Origin: Rhizodiscina lignyota
Taxonomy: Eukaryota
NCBI GenBank assembly: GCA_010015805.1
Contig: ML978122.1
Coordinates: 1,646,453 to 1,710,452, forward strand
Length of the DNA: 64,000 nt
Direction of reading: 5' to 3'
The translations under genes were made by a program, and so were the position numbers. Below the pieces are notes generated by a model that had not been told where the DNA came from, searched no databases, and saw only the letters and a program-made list of their open reading frames with translations. Positions 47,981 to 58,175 of the stretch are shown in pieces; position 1 is the stretch's first letter, and each line of letters opens with the position of its first letter.

Positions 47981-48401
47981 GATGGCACTGGGTAACATAG
48001 AACTAGGTATGAGAATCCCACAGTTGGCCAGATCTAGAAGTGGTGATATTTCTCTAAGTCCGTGTATGCCGCAAGAGTGGATCCCGGGATCGTTTACCTC
48101 GATGTTCGCCTATCCCGCCAGAATTAGTGTTCGAGTCTCCTAGCTACACTGAATTGAAGCTCGGTTAGCATGCCGGTATTTGGTGTTTGCATCTTTAAAC
48201 ACTGAGCTTAGCTGGGACAACACTCCCTCCCAGCCACCACTTGGCGAGCCAAGACTTCACCAAACACCAGCACCAACACCTTATGAGTATAAAGATTCTT
48301 TCCGAGTCGGTCAAACCTCCTCTCCTTCATCTTTGCTTCGAAAAAACACTTCAACCCACTGAATCGAACAACGCCAAAACTCAAAACCATCAGCTATCAA
48401 A

Positions 48402-51400
48402 ATGAAGCTGAAATTCTTCCTACCATTCTTGTTGCTCTTTGGATTAACCTCTGCTTGGGGATTGAAGTCCCCTGACACGACTATCTGCGGTATCATCGGC
48501 TCGGCGTTGCGCTCTTTCGCAGACCTTTTCGACGGCGGTATGACGACCTCTGACACCTTCCTGCCTTCGACTCGCACCATCAACCACATCTCTTGCATAC
48601 CCTCCAGTTCGTCATACGCAATTCCTGCTACTCCTCATGCCACGGCCACGGATGAGGGTATTGACCCGGATTGGTCGCCTCTCGTTCACAAAGCCTATAA
48701 CGTCGAGGATGGTGATCATATAACTCCAGCCCAAGCTCTAATAGCAGTCAGCGTACTGTGCCTCTTAGCCGCTGTTATATTGAAGCTATTATCCCTTGCC
48801 GGTGCAATTATCTGCGACTTCTTTGACTTCGCGGTTTCTGGCCCAGCAGCTATGTTCGTTACCTACCTTGAGAACGTGGCTTCGTCTCGGATCACTCATT
48901 TCCTCGTCTCTGGAACCGTTTTCCTGTCGCTAGTCTCAGTAGCCTGGGTACTCTGCCCTGTTCCCTTCGCGGTGTTTACCGTGGGTTGGACAACATCCTT
49001 CAGCCTCATCTACTTCCTCCGATACATGTTTCCAAGGGCTACAGAGCGATTGTCCAACACTGAGAATGTATCTACGGAGCTCGATACTCCTACCTGGATC
49101 ACTCTCATAGGCGAAATCTACTGCGCAATCTACTACGCAATTTGCGAGGGCTACCGCGAAACTTTGAAAACCTACGGCGAAGCTTTGGAAGCAAACAGCG
49201 AAATTTGGGAGGACGACTTGTACAGCTGCCCTACGCCTCCCAATTCCATTGCTGATGAGGTCGCGCCGCTAAGTCCTATCTCTGTCGCTGACGAGTCCAT
49301 GCCGGCATCTCCTTCAGTCACCAGCGACGTGCCGCCTTCAACTCCTGCTCCTGCAGCCGAGAATGCCGCGACTCTAATTACAGCTGCTCCTAATGAAATG
49401 GTGCCTACAATACCATATCTGGCCGCTAATGACGACGTCTCGCCTTCAACTTCGACAGTCGGCATCGAGCCTTACACGGAAGACAATCGTGATCATGATT
49501 CTCTTTTTGAAGGCTCTTCTTTGAGTGGCGATTCCGACAGCTCTAATATCGACCTTGGCCATGGCGAAGGCCCTGCTACTGAGGATGATGGCGTCGCACC
49601 GCTAGATTCTGTCTCTGTTGCGGACGAGTTCACGCCGGCATCGCCATCTTTAGTCACGGACGGCGTGCCGCCTTCAACTCCTGCTCCTGCAGTCAATGGC
49701 TCCGCGGTTCCAACTACAGCTGCTTTCAATGAAGTGGTACAATCTCTGACCACCAATGACGACGTCGGGCCTTCAACTCCTGCTCCTGCAGCCGATGATG
49801 CTGCGGCTTCAACCATAGTTGCTCCTAATGAGATGGCACCAACAGTACTATCTCTGGCCGCAAGTGACGACGTCGGGCCTTTAACTCCTATCTTCACCAC
49901 AGCCGCCATCGACACAGTATCCATCGAGCCTCACACTGAAGCCGATTGTGATTATGATTCTCTCTTTGAAGGCTCCTTGAGTGGTGATTCCGACAGTCCC
50001 CATATCGACATTGGCCGTAGCGAAGCCCCTGATACTGAGGACCAGGACACCGCACCGCTAAATTCTGCCTCTGTCGCTGACGAGTTCACGCCGGCACCGC
50101 CTTCGTCAGTTGACAACAACATCACCTCTAATGTCGACGGCGTCGCACCTTCGACTCCTGCCTCCGATGCGGCCGACATCGAGCTTCACACTGAAGATGA
50201 TCATGATTATGATTCTCTTTTTGAAGGGTCCTCGCTGAGTGGTGATGCCGAAAACTCTGATATCGACATTAGCCATGGCAAAGCCCCTGACACTGAGGGC
50301 GATGATGGAGATTGGCAAACCGACAGCGAATCCGATGATGGCGATGAGAAGGAAGAGAGCAACGGCAACGTCTATAAAGACTCAAAGGGCGTTGCATGGG
50401 AGCTGCCAAGCAATTTCCATCCTCCGAACACATCCACTGGCGAGTCGAACAAGCATGAAGAGAAGGGTCGGGATGCTTTTTCTGTTGGTCTTGGAGGCAA
50501 TGCGACTGTCCATGACAACACTACTAGCTCCGCTGACGTTCCGACTTCTAACCCAATGGATGAGGCTGATGGCAAATGGACCACTGTCACCTACAAGAAA
50601 AGCAAGGCAAAGGCTAAAGAGCATCCCAAGCAAGCAGGAATTCAGCGTACAATCTCGTCAGCATCTTCGAAGAAGCCTGTCGCATTTCCTAACATGACAT
50701 GGGAGGATTTGAGTATCAAATTCGCCGGGCAGATCAACGATTCCCCTGCTTCGCCTCGAGGCACCGCTAGCGATATGGACGAAGTTGCCAATAATGCCAG
50801 GAACGACGCACCGGTGCCGTCTGCGAACACAGAAACCACGGCAGCCGACGACTCTGAGCCAATGCAATACCCTGTCGCCAACAGCAGCACAAACACTCTT
50901 GTTGATAGCAACACAAAGCCCGACGGTACTTGCTCGCCTGGCGATTCTGGCTCTGAGCTCGCTCGCAATGATGTTGATCAATCATCTGATGACGCGAGCG
51001 CCACCAGTGCCGTTATCGGCACGACTTCGCCTGCTTCTAACGCCAATACGCATTGGAGCTCATCTTCTGGCGCAGCTGATGATGGCATCACGTTTCCTCT
51101 ACCTGACGATAGCCCTTCATTCACTTCTCCAGTTCGTCATGCGGTTCACTTCGGTTCTGCTCTCTTTGACCCTTTGTCTGGCGACATTAGAGCCTATGAT
51201 GATACTGGTTCCAACGGTGAGCCTTCAGCGACAGGCAATACTGGCTCCGGAGTTGATGCCAGCCTCAGAGCAATCGATACCGGCGTTATTGATGTTCCAG
51301 TACTAAAGCCGAATGGCAATGATTCTGGCTCGACTATCCGCAACGAATCATCACTCACCCTCGCCAGTTCGGTTGATCAGGTTCGCGAATCTTTCGGCAG

Positions 51401-52187
51401 CCTCGCTATCTCTAATGGTGCGCTTACAAGTTCTACGCCCGCTGCTATTGGTACGGTGTGCATTCCAAAGACTGCAGCTTCTAGCAGCAATGCCTCAGGC
51501 CAATCGCGACAAACTTCACCAGCTAGTTCAATGGCGGCCTCGAAATGGGCAAGCGATACTCTAAAGGCATCTATACCGGAGCCAGCAACTCCGCAGAGCA
51601 CTGGCACTACCTTATCGCGCTCCGCTCCAGCCACAAGCTCAATGAGGGCATCGCGTTGGGCAACTCAGGCTCCAGTGCTGGCCGAGACGAAGCCGCAGAG
51701 CCATCGGCCTGAGGAAATCAAGACTGGCAAGATAGCCAAGGCATTTAACGGCAATTCTCAGGATCTAAGTTCATCTTCCTCAACTCAATTGGATCCTAAT
51801 GCACCAGTATTCCCTGCGCCACACCTCACTCCGCCCACTGCTCCTCCGAAAGGCAATAATCCGCAAGCAGAGCTCAGAACATTCACTTGCACCAGGGGCA
51901 ATTGCGGTGCTGCAAATCAGCCTGTCACCTTCCCCGCAGCGCGTCTATACCATCATCACCTCACAAACGTTCACCAGTTCAGTCGCAGTAACTGGGTCTG
52001 CAAGTACTGCCAATCGATCCTGCTTAGCGAGAAGCACTGGCCGTTCCATCAGCGTGATAATCATCCGGAGACAGTCACTCAAAAGGATTTCGGTAAAACG
52101 ACACCTTGTGATGGATGTGGGAAGGTTTTCCAGTCGAGAAGAGAGCTCAATAGGCATCGGGAATCTACAGGAGGCTGTCGTCCGTGA
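48402..52187 (+). CDS. Orphan 1261-aa protein: signal peptide, 2-4 TM segments, acidic tandem repeats, PAM2-like motif, C-terminal C2H2-type zinc fingers
   Basis: Uninterrupted 3.8 kb ORF. MKLKFFLPFLLLFGLTSAWG; hydrophobic segments at aa ~110-210; CTRGNC...HLTNVH, CKYC...HQRDNH and CDGC...RH. Confidence 0.75.
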   Translation: MKLKFFLPFLLLFGLTSAWGLKSPDTTICGIIGSALRSFADLFDGGMTTSDTFLPSTRTINHISCIPSSSSYAIPATPHATATDEGIDPDWSPLVHKAYNVEDGDHITPAQALIAVSVLCLLAAVILKLLSLAGAIICDFFDFAVSGPAAMFVTYLENVASSRITHFLVSGTVFLSLVSVAWVLCPVPFAVFTVGWTTSFSLIYFLRYMFPRATERLSNTENVSTELDTPTWITLIGEIYCAIYYAICEGYRETLKTYGEALEANSEIWEDDLYSCPTPPNSIADEVAPLSPISVADESMPASPSVTSDVPPSTPAPAAENAATLITAAPNEMVPTIPYLAANDDVSPSTSTVGIEPYTEDNRDHDSLFEGSSLSGDSDSSNIDLGHGEGPATEDDGVAPLDSVSVADEFTPASPSLVTDGVPPSTPAPAVNGSAVPTTAAFNEVVQSLTTNDDVGPSTPAPAADDAAASTIVAPNEMAPTVLSLAASDDVGPLTPIFTTAAIDTVSIEPHTEADCDYDSLFEGSLSGDSDSPHIDIGRSEAPDTEDQDTAPLNSASVADEFTPAPPSSVDNNITSNVDGVAPSTPASDAADIELHTEDDHDYDSLFEGSSLSGDAENSDIDISHGKAPDTEGDDGDWQTDSESDDGDEKEESNGNVYKDSKGVAWELPSNFHPPNTSTGESNKHEEKGRDAFSVGLGGNATVHDNTTSSADVPTSNPMDEADGKWTTVTYKKSKAKAKEHPKQAGIQRTISSASSKKPVAFPNMTWEDLSIKFAGQINDSPASPRGTASDMDEVANNARNDAPVPSANTETTAADDSEPMQYPVANSSTNTLVDSNTKPDGTCSPGDSGSELARNDVDQSSDDASATSAVIGTTSPASNANTHWSSSSGAADDGITFPLPDDSPSFTSPVRHAVHFGSALFDPLSGDIRAYDDTGSNGEPSATGNTGSGVDASLRAIDTGVIDVPVLKPNGNDSGSTIRNESSLTLASSVDQVRESFGSLAISNGALTSSTPAAIGTVCIPKTAASSSNASGQSRQTSPASSMAASKWASDTLKASIPEPATPQSTGTTLSRSAPATSSMRASRWATQAPVLAETKPQSHRPEEIKTGKIAKAFNGNSQDLSSSSSTQLDPNAPVFPAPHLTPPTAPPKGNNPQAELRTFTCTRGNCGAANQPVTFPAARLYHHHLTNVHQFSRSNWVCKYCQSILLSEKHWPFHQRDNHPETVTQKDFGKTTPCDGCGKVFQSRRELNRHRESTGGCRP
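49251..50305 (+). repeat. Three imperfect intragenic repeats (~90-150 codons each) with nested sub-repeats
   Basis: Recurring DNA tctgtcgctgacgagt(c/t)ca, ccttcaactcctgctcctgcag and gattctct(c/t)tttgaagg; peptides SVADE..PA, PSTPAPAA and DSLFEGS(S)LSGD. Unit starts ~49251, ~49584 and ~50041. Confidence 0.9.
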
Positions 52188-52770
52188 GGGCGTCCTCTGC
52201 TATTTGACTGTTCTATTTTGGTTCTTGTTCATTTGGGAGGGAACAGCTAGCTTGAGAGCGATGTGTTCTTTTTCCTCTTTTCCTCTTTGTTGTTGTTTGT
52301 TGCGGAGACTAGTGTCTACTTGACACTCTCCGCCAATGTCTCTTACTTGGTATGGTGATTTGTGAGCGACTAATACGGAGGTTGATGCCTATGTGCTCCC
52401 TCCGTCACTGTATTTAGCATAGCGATGGAGTTACAAAAGTTCTTGAACAACTACTTCCGATCTGTGTTGCATGCACTCCGCGTAAGCTGCTCCCTATATG
52501 CTACGGCAAGGAACTAGTGTTGTATCCCAGGCAAACCCTTGTTTAGACTGGCGTATGAAAGTAGAGCCTGTGCCGTCTTCGCGCGCCGATGCAGAACCAG
52601 ATGTGATATGCACTAGCATCCAACCAATGGTTCGATAGATGAGGATGGCGCCATACGAAGCAATCATGACTTGATAGACATTCCTTACAAATACGCATAT
52701 TATCTTTCGCTTTATCTTCGAATAGCTCGCATTTCGTGATAGAAGTACTTGCATCAAAATCGTCAATAAA

Positions 52771-53943
52771 ATGTCTGCTACTCTTACGGAGACGGTTCCT
52801 ACTCTGCCTCAGACTCAGATTTCCATCCCAGATCCTAATAAATATGAGTTCGCCAATCTGAAACCGTATGTACATCCACCAGACACAAAATCAGATTTGC
52901 CATGGTCTGAGCTTGTCACTCTTGACCTTGAGGACTACCACCGGCCTGGCGGTAAAGAAAGATTAGCGAAGCAGCTCGAGCATGCCGTGCATCATGTGGG
53001 CTTCTTCTATGTCAAGAACTTCGGGCTCACCCAGGAGGAGGTGGATCGTCAGTTCACTCTCGCCCAGACCTTTTTCGAGCTCCCAGAATCCGAAAAAGAG
53101 AAATACGAAGTGAATTATAAAATTGCGGATTACAACGGCTGGCGACGCCGAGGTCTGCGTGCACCCCAAGGCAAGCCAAAGGACAACATCGAGATGTACA
53201 ATATGCCCAAGTTCACAAAGGACTTTGTGGGCAAGTACCAGCATCCGGATCTGATCAAAGCCCATCTGCCCGAGATCGAGTCTTTCCAGAAGGCACTCCA
53301 TGCAAATGTAGTGCTCCCGTTACTGCGCCTGTTCGCTATTGTGTTGCAACTGCCGGACGAGGAATATCTGGTGAAGCAGCACACGTATGAGAAGAAAAGC
53401 GAAGACCACTATCGGTACATGCTATACCACCCGCGGTCTGACGAAGAATGGGCTGCTGCCGGAAATGGTGCAACCACAGGCCACACAGATTTGGGCACCG
53501 TTACGCTGCTTTTCCGTCAGCCTGTTGCTGGTTTGCAGATCCTCGGGGAGGACGATAAATGGACCTGGGTGTCTGCGCAGCCTGGGACCATCACAGTCAA
53601 CCTCGCCGATACCATCAGCCACTTGACCGGAGGATGGCTGAAGAGCTCTGTGCACCGAGTAGTTGCGCCACCGGAGGACCAGCGCCAGTACAAGAGGACT
53701 GGCTTGCTTTACTTTGCAAGGCCCCACAATGACACTGTACTGGTTCCCATCACCGACTCGCCAGTGCTGGAGAAGGCAGGTGTGAAACCGCGGTTTGACA
53801 AGTTGGTAACTATGGAAGAATGGGTTAGAGCTAAGCAAACGTTGCAATTGAATCCCGATATTGCCGCGAAACGGTGGGCGGAGAGAGGCGATGGCACAGT
53901 GGAGGTAATTGCAGGCTTCAAGGATAGAAAGTATAAGGAGTAG
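52771..53943 (+). CDS. 2-oxoglutarate/Fe(II) dioxygenase (IPNS/flavonol synthase-like), intronless
   Basis: VGFFYVKNFG, GHTDLGTVTLLFRQPVAGLQI (HxD), KSSVHRVV and KRTGLLYFARP. Confidence 0.93.
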   Translation: MSATLTETVPTLPQTQISIPDPNKYEFANLKPYVHPPDTKSDLPWSELVTLDLEDYHRPGGKERLAKQLEHAVHHVGFFYVKNFGLTQEEVDRQFTLAQTFFELPESEKEKYEVNYKIADYNGWRRRGLRAPQGKPKDNIEMYNMPKFTKDFVGKYQHPDLIKAHLPEIESFQKALHANVVLPLLRLFAIVLQLPDEEYLVKQHTYEKKSEDHYRYMLYHPRSDEEWAAAGNGATTGHTDLGTVTLLFRQPVAGLQILGEDDKWTWVSAQPGTITVNLADTISHLTGGWLKSSVHRVVAPPEDQRQYKRTGLLYFARPHNDTVLVPITDSPVLEKAGVKPRFDKLVTMEEWVRAKQTLQLNPDIAAKRWAERGDGTVEVIAGFKDRKYKE

Positions 53944-54295
53944 AACTTCCCTACGCGGAAGCATGAGCGATTAAATGGAGCTATTGGCAGTGAGAATGCA
54001 CGAAAGACGTCAGGTCACAATCCTGCTGTGAATGGCTCCTGAGGAGAGTGCCGAGGTTGAAAGTTAGCAGCGTTGAGGGACAGAGGTACCCGGAAACCAG
54101 CCAGTTTAGGTACCAGCCCACCTGAGATGCTACCTAGCTCCTCATAGGCTCAAAGTTCAAGGCCAGGGGAAGCACTGCCGGCCAACGATATTTTCCGCTT
54201 CCACAGGGTCCACCCCGGCGAAATGCCAAGACTTTGGATACTTACACGTAACTCTGAAGCTTTGAAGCTTCAATCGAGCTCCATACAACGCAAAT

Positions 54296-55273
54296 ATGAG
54301 GTCGTTCCAAATTCTGTGGCAAGCAATATTTCTGCTATTTATTCCGTGTGCTCTTGCAGCTTCATCATGGAGTTTCGATGAGGCTACCGTGTCAATTTCT
54401 GGCAAAGGAGCCGGCGTAGGCGGAGGATTCAAGGAGAAGTATGAATATCACGGTGAATTACATTTGATTAACTTTGAAACTGACATTGTACTAGGCTTGC
54501 GCCCGAGAAGCCCTTGTCGAAAGCTGTTTCGGTTGGTGCTGGCGAAACTCTGAAGATCCTCCTCACTACGACCGATGGCAAGACGCCAAAGAAAGCACAC
54601 CAAGCTTTCCTGACCTTGAAGGAGTCCAAGACCGGCCTCGAGGAGTCTTTCCCCTTCACACTGAGAGAGACTGGAAAGGGCAAAGTTGAATTGGTCTGCT
54701 CTTCGGGTGCTCTCCGTTCCCGACGCGAAGGCTGACATGTAGCAGACACAGAAAGACCTACCATACCAGTTCCTCACTTCTTCCTCTCCAGTCGAGGCTT
54801 TTCTCGTGATTGCTTCTTTCGGTACTTCTACACCATATAAGAGCAAAGCTTTTGACCTCTCCGTCGCTGTTGATCCCAACTCCCCGATCGCTGTTCCTGA
54901 TGCGCCTGTTCGCTATGGCAAGCGTCCCGAAATCCACCACATCTTCCGCGGAGACCCGACGTCACCTCCAAAGATAATCACATTAGTATTCACCGCAGCT
55001 GTTCTCTCGGTGGTGCCCATCCTTCTTGGAGCGTGGCTTACGCTGGGCGCAAATACAAATCATATTGGCAAGGCGATGAGTAGTGCTCCTCTAGCGCATA
55101 CACTTTTCTTCGGAAGCATTCTTGCGATGGAAGGTGTCTTCTTCATGTACTACACAAGCTGGAACCTGTTTCAGACGCTACCGGTGGCGTTGGGAGTCGG
55201 CGTAGTTGGATATGTGAGCGGAAGCAGAGCATTGACCGAGGTGCAGGAGAGAAGACTGGCTGGCGAGCGATGA
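54296..55273 (+). CDS. SWP1: Oligosaccharyltransferase subunit Swp1/ribophorin II, 3 exons
   Basis: Signal peptide, KKAHQAFL, RYGKRPEIHHIFR..P..PP, three C-terminal TMs, and GSRALTEVQERRLAGER. Confidence 0.9.
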
Positions 55274-55631
55274 TTATGATGAAGGGTTTGTCGGAGCGTA
55301 CATGCTGCAATTAGTCCAAAAAGTTATTTGTAGAGTTGGGATGTATCATATCAAGGCAATATGATGATGGGCGCAAGGAGGGTTGTCCTTCAGTTTTGAT
55401 CAGATAGCTGTGCATTGAGACCGAAAACCACAGTGTCTCCTTATCCCCCTTTTCATATAGATTATGAGCTTGAGCATATGAAAATACTTTCAATCGGATA
55501 CTACTGAGTCTGGTCGTCCTAATTCATGATTGGTGGCTGGAGTGGGTCATGACGCTCCGCATCCAGAAATTTACAAGGTCCCCGAAGCTCCCATCTTCCA
55601 CAACTGTGACTTTGTTGCTCTAGCAGCAACA

Positions 55632-56345
55632 ATGGGCTCATCCACCTCCAAGGCTGCTCGAACAGCTGCAGGTGCTTCAGCACGAAAATATCCGAATCGA
55701 GTACCTCCCACAACTTCTCAGGGCGCGAGACCTCCACCTTCGTCTTCCGTCTCCGAGAGCCAGCCTACTCGACCAGGTCCGACTGTACATCCAGAGCCAC
55801 AAGCCAGCGAAACGAAGAATGAAGGTAATTAATTTCACCTGAGCTACAACCGTATGTGGAAAACAATGCAGAATTGACGCTGTAATATAGCCGTAAAGCT
55901 CGACAGCTCCGACCCAGTCTATGCCTCGAACCTCCGTACTCTCGGCGCCGTCCAACCCAACCCCATTCTCTCACATACCTCCACTAATCCCATTGACCCA
56001 ACGACAACCAAAGCATCTCGCCGTCCTCAAGAGCCGGTTGATGCATCCAACCAGCCGTTCCCCGTCTCCCAATTCGCTGCCTTGAATCCTCGAAACAACC
56101 CGGCAATTGCAATTCTAGAAGCGCGACAAAGACTACAAGAAGAAGCCGACCGGGAGTTTCAGACTGCTGGAAGAGGCAGGAAGGGGGTTGAGGGACGACA
56201 GTTCCTAGATGTGGTTACTCTCCGGCAGATTCTGCAGTTGAGAGATGATCGAGGAATGAGCGCGGACGACATTGAGCAGAGGATGGGTTTGAAGAAAGGA
56301 GTGGTCGCACGCTTGGGACCAAAGGGTATGTTCAGGGGGTTATGA
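55632..56345 (+). CDS. Conserved fungal hypothetical protein with N-terminal MGSSTSK and C-terminal HTH-like segment (intron ~55824-55891)
   Basis: MGSSTSKAAR...ARKYP; spliced DPVYASNLRTLGAVQPNP; FLDVVTLRQILQLRDDRGMSADDIEQRMGLKKGVVARLG. Confidence 0.75.
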
Positions 56346-56458
56346 TCAAGCAGGAGTGGGAGAGCACGACAGTTCAACTGGAGATGCGCATTGCGATATA
56401 CAATACAACAAGTGGACGCCGAGGCTCGAAGCAATCCGCTGAAGAAACATGAGCGTAT

Positions 56459-57607
56459 CTACCATGAAACATGACCTCCATCGATCCTCAAATCAGTGGC
56501 TGTCATGAAACTACTCGCATCGCTCAGCAGGAACACGGCTGCTCCACGATAGTCTCTCGGATATGAGAGGCGATTTAGCATGTTCTCCTTTGGCCAAATC
56601 TCCTTTCGCTCCGGAAACTTCTCGAATAACGCTTCTACCATCGCGGTCACGATATAGCCTGGCGAAATAGTGTTCACACGGATGCCGTACTCGCCCCACT
56701 CAGACGCCAGATTTCGTGCCAATTGGAGGACAGCTGCTTTCGAAGCGTTGTATGCTGGACAGATGAGGCCCTATGGAACATTAGTGTCACTCCAGCCACC
56801 ACAGTAGCATCCGAGCGTCCAAACCCCGCCAGATGGATCCAAAAGACTTACTCGATTAGCAACAGTTCCACTCATACTTCCAATAAAAACTAAACTGCCC
56901 GAGCAGTTATGCTTAATCATCTGTCTCGCAACCGCCTGCGCCGTCATAAACACTCCTGTCACGTTCGTTTCGAGCATGGCATTCACATCCTCCTGGGTAT
57001 ATTCCAAAGCTGGCGTCTCCTGCTGGATACCCGCAGCTGCGATTAGTCCATCGAGCCGGTTATGGCTGAACGCGATATTCTCGACGATCGCGTTGAGAGC
57101 GAAATTATCTCGTACGTCGACCTGGCGGTATTGTAGATCGGTGCCAAAGTCCAGCCGAGCCCGGTCAGCGATGGCAGAGAACTGAGGAGAGGGTTCGGGG
57201 AGGCGATCGAGGACGTAAACTGAGCTTGATCAGCTGGTTGTGCCTTGTTGAATTTCGATCTAGAGGAAGGAAGTGGAACTCTGACCTGTTGCGCCAGCTT
57301 CAAGCAGAGCTTCTGTTTGAGTCAAACCAAGGCCACGGGCTCCGCCGGAGACTATGAGGATTTTGCCTGAGAGGTCGAATTCTGGTAGACCTCTCGTTCC
57401 CTTAGATGAAGCAGCGTCTGAGTAGAAGCGCGCTTGTTGGGAGAGTGGTATGGCTGCCGCTCTCCTGGAGGGATACGAAAGGCTGGAGGCTCGAAATAGA
57501 GATCTTGAGATGCAAGCATTTGTATGAAAAGCAGGGGGTTTGGCTGTGTAAAAAGGGCGGACGAGGCTCACTTGCCGCGTTGGCAAGGCACGGAGAGCTG
57601 GCCGCAT
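56459..57607 (-). CDS. SDR polyol dehydrogenase (D-arabinitol 2-dehydrogenase/sorbose reductase-like) with a mitochondrial-type presequence
   Basis: VSGGARGLG, IAAAGIQ, GSMSG, spliced AYNASK (YxxxK), RVNTISPGY and DLRIDGG; Arg/Ser-rich N-terminus. Confidence 0.88.
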
Positions 57608-58175
57608 CGTATATAGCTTCAGAGACATCTCTTCTCCTGTAATTCTAATGGCTATCTGTGAGAAACCAATCTCTTTCACTGGAAACAAGAATGAGCAGCC
57701 CAGCAAGAGGTGAAACCAGGACAATTGAGCGCCAATGGCTGGAAAGAAAGAGGTTCTGGAGCTGCACGTCGTTACCCCACCTGGAAGCACACGCGATATA
57801 AAATGTACGGATGCGCCAAGGATCGGCGGAAAAGTGAATGGTGGGGCAGCAGATCGGTCTGCACATCAAGGATTGCATGCAGGGCATCTACGGGACGGGT
57901 ATATTGCCTCTGTAAGGTTATTTGACTTCGTCTGGTATATTGGCTATCTGCAAAGTCGTATTCGACTAATTCGTCCATGATTTTGAGAGCAAAAGAAGCA
58001 AATGTTCGCCATGCGCTATGCTTCACATCCCGGAAACCATAAGCTATAATGCAATGCTGAGAAGACTTTCGTGGTAGTGAGGTCGTAACGTGTGCGCATC
58101 GTATCGTTATTGCCGTACCTAACTGACTTCTGTAAGCAGTCTATTCTTTAATACTTCCACAGGAGTTGCATACTT

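Noticed and set aside
48080..48145. 12-bp palindrome gatcccgggatc and a B-box-like gttcgagtc
   Set aside because: No cloverleaf or properly spaced A-box; consistent with chance.
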